From the NCBI GenBank assembly GCA_000990585.1, contig LBQD01000002.1:1-54015 (forward strand): 54,015 nucleotides of DNA, written 5' to 3'. Made by a program: the position numbers and the translations under genes. The notes beneath the pieces are model-generated. The model was not told the DNA's origin. It made no database searches and was given only the letters and a program-made list of their open reading frames with translations. The stretch is from Candidatus Moranbacteria bacterium GW2011_GWE2_35_2- (lineage in GTDB: Bacteria > Patescibacteriota > Minisyncoccia > Moranbacterales > UBA9337). Positions within the stretch are counted from its first letter, which is position 1; each line of letters opens with the position of its first letter. This document shows positions 47,212-54,015 of the stretch, one piece after another.

Positions 47212-50022
47212 TTAGTTCTTTTTTTTCATTTCACTCGGATAAAATCCAAACACAATACCCGCGGTTGCAATCAAGACAAAGCCGGTTAATATTATTCTTA
47301 ATAAAAATACAAATTCTCCAGATAAATTAGCAGCAAGAGTGGCGAATACACCTTTTACGCCTTCTTTTTTTGCCATAACATCACCATCTTCAATTTCAAT
47401 CTGAACAGACTCACTTATTATTTCCTCGATGGTTTTTTCTTGTTGTACCCCCCAAAACTCCTGCAAAGCCTTTCTTACAGCTATTGGTTGAGAATATGCA
47501 GCCTCGATTGAAACATTGTACACACTTCCTATTGACTTATTGGCTGTAAAAAATATTCGCTCAGTAGAAACATCGGCCTGCTCAATACCATCTATAAACC
47601 ATTTTATCGTTGAATCGCTCTCAATAAACTCCGGATGAAATTCCCCAAGAATTGAGATTCCACTTCCAGGAGTACTTATAAACAAATTTTCACTATAATT
47701 AACCAAATCTTCTGGAGGAGTATTACCAGTTATATCAACATAACTTCCTAAAACCTTTCTTTCGGATCCCGCTTCTGGAATAAGTTTTAAATATGGGTTA
47801 ACAATCTCAAATCTTCTCATAAGATTAATTCCCATGCTACCCTCTCTCGAACTTCCATCAATGTCATTTGCAACCAAACTAAGATCAAATGTCTTTCCCG
47901 CCTCTCCGACAACGGGAAAAAATGTAATATTTGTTTGCTTTGTATCTTGACAACTTGCGCTCATATTCTGATTACATTGCAAATCTGATCCATCTACTTC
48001 CCATGAATAATTCGACAAATCATCCGACTCAATTCTCGCACCGATAATTTGACCGGTAGCCACATAACAAGTTTTATCTTCTGCGCATATCTCGTCATTT
48101 AAAGACATTTCCAATGTATTCGGATTTACGTCGACATTATATAGGCTAATGCGGTCAGAGCTTGAGGTAACTCGAATGATTACATCTGAACGTCCCGCCC
48201 TAGTTAAACCAGAATCAAAAACTTCTTCAACTTCAACATAAATTCTCAAGTACCCAACACCTCTATTATTAAATATTGCATTATAATTATTACTATTATT
48301 TGCAACATTCAAGTTAAACTTAAGCTCAGAGATATTATTACCCTCAAGCAAGCTCATTTCCGTTTCTTGACGAAAACTCGATAAAACGGAAATACTTTCC
48401 CAATCATCCAGATCCAAGCTCATTCTTTTATTTGGAGTATTTAGTCTTTTCACATCCCATCTATAATAAGTTTGACTGGTATCATGATCCCCGTTCATAG
48501 AAACAGCCTGAACAAAAACCATATCTCCCATTTTTCTTCCACTGGCATCATTATTAGGAGAGTCTGGTCCATATTCCAATGAAACTTCAAGATTGGTTGG
48601 CTGTCCACCCTCAACAGGATCAACTAAATTATCCTCGAGGCAATCGTTTATATCCATAGTTGCAGTAGGAATAGTTACAGGATATCCCTTGATTGTTTTT
48701 TGATAACTTCCTATGTTTTGTACGTCGCATTTATTTTTTGGAAGTGCCCACATAATCATCATCGAAGCATTATCATGTTTAGTTGGAATAATAGATTTTC
48801 CCTCTACCACAACACCCACCTTATCTCCGGGCATATAATTCCATGTGAATCCATCAACTCCCAGTCCGGCAATTGTTGCTTCGTCATTCTGTCCTCTATC
48901 TGCAGTATCAGGATCTCTAGGATTTGTTCCCCAAAATTCTTCCTCGGTTGTACCAAAACTATTATTGCCCGTTATATTACTATCTGAATTTGGAAATAAA
49001 TGCTCACAAGCGCTTGTTATCGTTGAACTAGCTAATTGATCCGCCCTACAATAAGTTATCGGGGTTCCCGAAGCTGAACAAGATAAAGATCCACCCTCAA
49101 GATCAGTACAACTCGGATCTAAAAAAGTATCAGAAATACAATAAGGCTGCGTTCCTAATGGACAGCTCGCGGTACAAATATCTTCCCCGGGATTGCTCGG
49201 ATCAGAATAGCATTGCGAAAGATTGCAATAAGCATCAAATCCCGAATCGGTACAAGCATCATATTCAGTAAATAATCCACTAATTATACCTCCCGAAAAT
49301 TCTCCGTCGCTGGAACACGTTTCAACATAATCTTTAACACACGCCACATTTTGAGAAGGACAACTACTAAGTGTATTTGGCGCTATTGCTCCAGTAAGAA
49401 AGCTCGTGTCTTCATCATTTCCCCCGCTATCTACCAATTCATAATTATCTCCATTTGAAAAACTATGCACATAACAATATGCCGGAGATAAATTATTATC
49501 CCCACCAAAACGAGCGCGATATCCATCCTTATCCCACGATCCTCGCGTATTTATCCGATCATCAAATCCATTTTGAGCAATAATTCTACTTGCCTCAACT
49601 TTCCAATCCTCTTCATTTACCCTATTGTCATCATTAACATCACAAGATGATTGATAGTCAGAACTTCCTTGTGAAGCAATTTCACATCCTTCATGCTTTA
49701 TATACCAAGTAAAATACAATGATTCCTTTTGATTGCTAAAATAAGATGGCAATGCTTTGGCAATTATCTTTTCTCCGGGCTTAGGATTGGATGGTGAAAA
49801 TGATAACATGACTTCTGGCGGAGTTGTTTTCCCATCTGCGACATTTAAACCTTCTCCTATGCTTTGAACGGAAGCACTGTTTATATGATATCTTTGCTCC
49901 AAATCAGCCGCAACCTCATTGGCTGATGGAATATGCAGAGCCATAACAGGATATGAACTAAAAAGAAAAAGCTCAATGACTACCCACAATAAAACAATAT
50001 TATTTTTTTTATGTTTTTTCAT
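47212..50022 (-). CDS. Large secreted Cys-rich protein with Ig-like segments and a C-terminal TM
   Basis: Signal peptide, Cys-rich central block, EEEFWGTNPRDPDT motif, C-terminal TM followed by KKKN. Confidence 0.8.
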   Translation of the reverse strand: MKKHKKNNIVLLWVVIELFLFSSYPVMALHIPSANEVAADLEQRYHINSASVQSIGEGLNVADGKTTPPEVMLSFSPSNPKPGEKIIAKALPSYFSNQKESLYFTWYIKHEGCEIASQGSSDYQSSCDVNDDNRVNEEDWKVEASRIIAQNGFDDRINTRGSWDKDGYRARFGGDNNLSPAYCYVHSFSNGDNYELVDSGGNDEDTSFLTGAIAPNTLSSCPSQNVACVKDYVETCSSDGEFSGGIISGLFTEYDACTDSGFDAYCNLSQCYSDPSNPGEDICTASCPLGTQPYCISDTFLDPSCTDLEGGSLSCSASGTPITYCRADQLASSTITSACEHLFPNSDSNITGNNSFGTTEEEFWGTNPRDPDTADRGQNDEATIAGLGVDGFTWNYMPGDKVGVVVEGKSIIPTKHDNASMMIMWALPKNKCDVQNIGSYQKTIKGYPVTIPTATMDINDCLEDNLVDPVEGGQPTNLEVSLEYGPDSPNNDASGRKMGDMVFVQAVSMNGDHDTSQTYYRWDVKRLNTPNKRMSLDLDDWESISVLSSFRQETEMSLLEGNNISELKFNLNVANNSNNYNAIFNNRGVGYLRIYVEVEEVFDSGLTRAGRSDVIIRVTSSSDRISLYNVDVNPNTLEMSLNDEICAEDKTCYVATGQIIGARIESDDLSNYSWEVDGSDLQCNQNMSASCQDTKQTNITFFPVVGEAGKTFDLSLVANDIDGSSREGSMGINLMRRFEIVNPYLKLIPEAGSERKVLGSYVDITGNTPPEDLVNYSENLFISTPGSGISILGEFHPEFIESDSTIKWFIDGIEQADVSTERIFFTANKSIGSVYNVSIEAAYSQPIAVRKALQEFWGVQQEKTIEEIISESVQIEIEDGDVMAKKEGVKGVFATLAANLSGEFVFLLRIILTGFVLIATAGIVFGFYPSEMKKKN

Positions 50023-50063
50023 ATTTTTAAAATTTCTTTAAAAAGTTTATTTCAAATATTTAT

Positions 50064-50711
50064 CTACATTTTTGTTATTCTAAGAAAGATCATATCCAGT
50101 AAAATAATAGCTATCCAGCCAAAAGTAAATGAATACCAAATCGATCGACTCTTATAAACAATCCACCCTCCAAGTAAATTTATTATCATATATGGGAAAA
50201 AATTCCAATTAAAATTACTCGTTAAGACTAAAAATACAACGAAAACAATAAATTGAAATATAACAGAAAATATTCCGAAATATCTCCTAAGAAAACCCAT
50301 TATCCATCCATGAAAAAAGAATTCATACAAAAAAAGAAAAAAGCCGACCAAAAAGAATTCGTAACCAACAAATATCCAAAAATTTTCCCTGACTATTTTT
50401 AATAATACATAATTACTAAAAAAATCAAAATATCGATAGGAAAAATAAATAGTCAAAAGAAAGAAAAAGAAAGAAAAAATCATCCAAAAAAATCCCTCTG
50501 CTTTTCTCCCTAATTGAACTCCATAATCTTTTATAGATTCATCTAATACTATTCTAATATATAACCATGGAACAATAAGAAAGAAAAATGCCCCTAAAAT
50601 GAAAACTTGAAAACCATCCTCTCTGGGAAAGGTTCCCGCCAAAAACAAACAAGCTACTGCAATAATCACACTCACTATAAATTCTTTTTCAAAAAAAAAT
50701 TTTTTCATCAT
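50064..50711 (-). CDS. CPBP (CAAX protease/Abi)-like membrane protein, probably degenerate
   Basis: YEFFFHGWI and GWIVYKSRSIWYS motifs; the canonical EE, FxxxH and HxxxN residues are not all present. Confidence 0.7.
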   Translation of the reverse strand: MMKKFFFEKEFIVSVIIAVACLFLAGTFPREDGFQVFILGAFFFLIVPWLYIRIVLDESIKDYGVQLGRKAEGFFWMIFSFFFFLLTIYFSYRYFDFFSNYVLLKIVRENFWIFVGYEFFLVGFFLFLYEFFFHGWIMGFLRRYFGIFSVIFQFIVFVVFLVLTSNFNWNFFPYMIINLLGGWIVYKSRSIWYSFTFGWIAIILLDMIFLRITKM

Positions 50712-50753
50712 TTTTTCATTTTAATAATATTCCACAGCATAATAATATTCCAT

Positions 50754-51188
50754 TTAATATCTTTTTTCCGCTGCAAGTAATCGCATCTCTGCTATTTTTT
50801 CTTTTCTTATAATACGATACAAAACAATTACAGTAACCGTTTCAATGGGCAAAAAATTCAAACCAAACAATAAACTTTCCACTACCGTTCCGCCGCCAAG
50901 AGTTACTAACTTTTTTGTCAAACTTTTAACCCTGTTTCTTTTTTTATTCCCTGATCCGGCGATAAAAACCATCAAACCTATAACAAATGAAATACAAATT
51001 GTTACAATATATCCGATAGCAGGCAATGAACCTATCCCGGCAAAATCCAACAAATCTTTTAACATCGCCACTATTAAAGCAATTAACATTGCCACTCTCC
51101 ACATATTTTTATATTTTAAACTATCCCCTTTTAATTCAATTTTTCTTTCAGAGATTATTTTCTGCCAGTTCTTTTTTGGCGTTTTCAA
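50754..51188 (-). CDS. Hypothetical membrane protein
   Basis: Hydrophobic segments; co-oriented with and overlapping the end of the VirB4-like gene. Confidence 0.7.
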   Translation of the reverse strand: MKTPKKNWQKIISERKIELKGDSLKYKNMWRVAMLIALIVAMLKDLLDFAGIGSLPAIGYIVTICISFVIGLMVFIAGSGNKKRNRVKSLTKKLVTLGGGTVVESLLFGLNFLPIETVTVIVLYRIIRKEKIAEMRLLAAEKRY

Positions 51189-52953
51189 TTTCTAATAACT
51201 GTCGAGGATCAGAGGTAATAATCTGATCTTCGCTATATGATGCAATCACCCGAATTGCCACATGTTTATTTCCGGCAAAAAATATTCCTTCTCCGACATT
51301 ACTTTCCAAAAGTAAAAATTTTTCTTGATCTGTTAAATAAAAAGTTTCCGCAATAGTGTTAATTGAAGCTGGAGATTGCTTGAGCAAAAGCTGAATAGAT
51401 GAGTTAGTAATGATAGGTTTTCCATACTGCGAAGAAATAAAATCATTAATATCCTGAGTTATTGTTGTAAGTCCAGTGTAATATTTTCGACAACGTTTAG
51501 CAATTCCAAACAAAAACGACGCCGCATCTTCGTTTTTCATCATTATCCACGCCTCATCCACCACTACCAATCTCTTTTTGAGATTACTTCTCATTTCATT
51601 CCAAATAAAATGCAGCACGATATACATTGCAATCGGGCGCAATTCTTCTTCTAAATCTCTAATATTAAATACCACTAATTGGCTATCTATTTTGATATTT
51701 GTCGGTTTATTTAAAAATCCGGAAAAAAGACCAATGGTATACTTTTCCATCCTCATCACTAGCGACTCAGCTCCCTCCATATTTCTCAAAACTTCATATA
51801 AATCAGAAAGAACCGGAAAATCATCGGGAGTAAGTATTGAAAAATCGCTTTGCGGAGTAATGTCTCTTATAGCATATGTTTCATGAATACCTCTCTCTAG
51901 AATCGAGTCTTCTTCCGGGGTAATATCTTTCAACATCAAGTGCAGTAATCCCATTAAATTAGCCGCATTACTCCTCATTACTTCCTCAGGATCTTCGTCT
52001 TGCCCTATTTTTGGAATATCAAAAGGGTTTATATGCGACTTTGAGTTAAGGGATATTGAAACAAAAGATCCCCCTACGGTCTCACATAAGTGTTTATATT
52101 CATTTTCCGGATCAATTACAATCACATCCGCATCCATCATCAATGATCTCAATATCTCCAACTTTATCGTATAGCTTTTTCCTGCTCCAGATTTAGCAAA
52201 AACCGTCATATTAGCATTTTCCATTTCAAAACGATCAAAAAGAATTAAGCTATTATTATGCCTATTTATACCATAAAGAATTCCCTTATTAGAAGTTAGA
52301 TCAGAAGAAACAAATGGAAAACTGGTTGATAAAGGTGACGTATTTAAATTATTCGCAACATCTAGCTCGTCATTTGCCAATGGAATGGTTGAGGAGATTC
52401 CTTGTTCCATCCTAAAAATAGCTGGTTTTACATAAACCAATTGAGCTTCTAATATAGCTTCAATGCTGTCACTTATTTTATTCACTTCATCAACACTCGC
52501 TCCATAGACTGTCATATATACACTAAAACGAAAAAATTTCTCACTGCCTTCTTGTAATTTATTGCGCAATTCTTCAATATTTTCCAGAGCTGACTCTAAT
52601 ATTGGATCTCTGATTTTACCCTTTTCGCTTTCTATTGAAATTTCCGACATTACCTGTGTTGCTTTTTTCCTCAAATTTTTAAGCACATCCGCTGTATCCA
52701 TTGGATGAATAAATATGCTTGTATCCATTGAAAAATCAGCATTTATAATAGGTGAAAACCAGTTTGTACTGAGAAATTTCGGGAAAGCAAATACAAAAAG
52801 AGTTTTTGCATAGACATCTCCGATTTCAATATAACTAGGACTTACCTTGAGTGCAGAAGGGGCAATCAAATCTTTTACTGTTGCTAATCCCTCTTGATAT
52901 ATATACTCGTCACCTAACTCAGTTTTATTGTTTTTTTTATTAATTCCAAACAT
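51148..52953 (-). CDS. VirB4/TraC-like conjugative (type IV secretion) ATPase
   Basis: YGINRHN, Walker A AKSGAGKS, IDPENEY, INPFD, VVDEAW, RKYYTG...TQDINDF. Confidence 0.92.
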   Translation of the reverse strand: MFGINKKNNKTELGDEYIYQEGLATVKDLIAPSALKVSPSYIEIGDVYAKTLFVFAFPKFLSTNWFSPIINADFSMDTSIFIHPMDTADVLKNLRKKATQVMSEISIESEKGKIRDPILESALENIEELRNKLQEGSEKFFRFSVYMTVYGASVDEVNKISDSIEAILEAQLVYVKPAIFRMEQGISSTIPLANDELDVANNLNTSPLSTSFPFVSSDLTSNKGILYGINRHNNSLILFDRFEMENANMTVFAKSGAGKSYTIKLEILRSLMMDADVIVIDPENEYKHLCETVGGSFVSISLNSKSHINPFDIPKIGQDEDPEEVMRSNAANLMGLLHLMLKDITPEEDSILERGIHETYAIRDITPQSDFSILTPDDFPVLSDLYEVLRNMEGAESLVMRMEKYTIGLFSGFLNKPTNIKIDSQLVVFNIRDLEEELRPIAMYIVLHFIWNEMRSNLKKRLVVVDEAWIMMKNEDAASFLFGIAKRCRKYYTGLTTITQDINDFISSQYGKPIITNSSIQLLLKQSPASINTIAETFYLTDQEKFLLLESNVGEGIFFAGNKHVAIRVIASYSEDQIITSDPRQLLEIENAKKELAENNL

Positions 52954-52959
52954 ATTTTT

Positions 52960-53640
52960 TTATTCCAATTCCAAACTTTCAACTTCTTTTATTATAGTAT
53001 TAACATTTAAACTGGGGTTATATGAATTATAAAATAGCTCTATAAGCTCTTGTGTTCCCAAAGGTGTCATTTTCAACCCCGCCCCGCTGAGTGCTGCCTC
53101 AACTTGTCGCGCCCGTTGCCACAATTGACTTATTTGCGCTTCAAGAAACTCTTTTCTAACCGCCATTTGTTGATTGGGATTAAACGTATTCATCATTTTT
53201 GCAAAAAATCCTTCTTTCTTACTTTCAATTGGAGAAAATGGTACTACTATGTAGAAAAACTTAGACATTATCTTAGTTGAATCCGTAAGTCTTTTTATAA
53301 AATTACTATATTCCGCTATTTGCATTCGAAGCAATTCATTTTTTTGCACTTTTTCTTTTTCTTTTATTATTTCCAAATAAGGATTGATGTTAAATTTTCT
53401 TGAACTAACTACTATTTGTACGGGAAAATCAAGAGAATTGAGAAAATTCTGATATTGAGAAATGATAGCATCTTGTTCATCAGTAGACTTGAGATCAAAA
53501 TTTATCGATGACACCAAAAGTACTGTTCGCAAAGATCCGTTTTTCATAACAATAACGCCGTTTTTTATCTCTTTGATATCAACGTATTTTTGCGAACTAT
53601 TATCGCTTTTGTTTTTCTTTTTTTCATGCAGTAGCTCCAT
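52960..53640 (-). CDS. VirB4-associated protein (resembles the N-terminal part of TraC/TcpF-type ATPases)
   Basis: SINFDLKSTDEQ...FLNSLDFPVQI...FYIVVP...ELFYNSYNP; sits between the PrgI-like and VirB4-like genes. Confidence 0.75.
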   Translation of the reverse strand: MELLHEKKKNKSDNSSQKYVDIKEIKNGVIVMKNGSLRTVLLVSSINFDLKSTDEQDAIISQYQNFLNSLDFPVQIVVSSRKFNINPYLEIIKEKEKVQKNELLRMQIAEYSNFIKRLTDSTKIMSKFFYIVVPFSPIESKKEGFFAKMMNTFNPNQQMAVRKEFLEAQISQLWQRARQVEAALSGAGLKMTPLGTQELIELFYNSYNPSLNVNTIIKEVESLELE

Positions 53641-53650
53641 TTTGTTTTTT

Positions 53651-54015
53651 TTAGTTTCTCTTATCTAATATCTCAGCCAACTTTTTTATTTTTTCCTGAT
53701 TTATTTCTTTTTTTTCTTTCGGTGCTTTTGTTTTTAAGATATCCTCTTGAACACTCCTCTTAATAATTCTACCTTCTTTTTTCCAAATATATACCTTCGG
53801 ACGAAAGAAAAAAAATCCAGCCGAAAGAATAAAATTCGCAAATGGCTGATTATATGGACGGTAAAAAGCCAGCGCCAGAAAAAATAATCCAAGAGGAATC
53901 GCGACGACGAAAAAAACCCCCGTACTTACAATATTCCATAAAATCAAAAGAATAGCTCCTAATATAAACATCCAAAGCAGGGCCTTTCCTGTAAAAGGTC
54001 CGACAATTTTATCTT
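53651..54015 (-). CDS. PrgI family (VirB3-like) membrane protein, 5' end outside the window
   Basis: The frame is open to the window edge and reads DKIVGPFTGKALLWMFILG..., then two TMs and RPKVYIWKK. Confidence 0.8.
   Translation of the reverse strand, partial: DKIVGPFTGKALLWMFILGAILLILWNIVSTGVFFVVAIPLGLFFLALAFYRPYNQPFANFILSAGFFFFRPKVYIWKKEGRIIKRSVQEDILKTKAPKEKKEINQEKIKKLAEILDKRN

Overview
AT-rich bacterial chromosome segment containing the replication origin (dnaA-dnaN-dciA on the minus strand, a DnaA-box cluster, then rpmH-rnpA-yidC-jag on the plus strand). Gene content and order (TrmB paralogues, PGI/PMI, secG next to an OppA-like protein and a DHH protein, a PrgI/VirB4 cluster, giant FN3 surface proteins, many core genes with no obvious Shine-Dalgarno site) point to a Patescibacteria/CPR (Parcubacteria, Moranbacteria-like) genome; this taxonomy is inference. 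Housekeeping genes include rnj, ruvB, ruvC, yebC and a PBP1A. The most unusual items are: (1) a four-gene operon with a multi-pass membrane protein and three different ATP-grasp ligases, one fused to a retropepsin-like peptidase and one to a DUF3541-like helical domain; (2) a PilB/GspE protein with two complete ATPase modules in one chain; (3) an unannotated ~175-nt structured, 6S-like RNA with its own promoter; (4) a 2282-aa surface protein with nested stalk domains and a lectin-like tip; (5) two TrmB-linked cassettes of small membrane proteins, one containing an SPFH-like protein. No rRNA, complete tRNA, CRISPR array or transposase was seen. All family assignments are from motif recognition by eye, not database searches.
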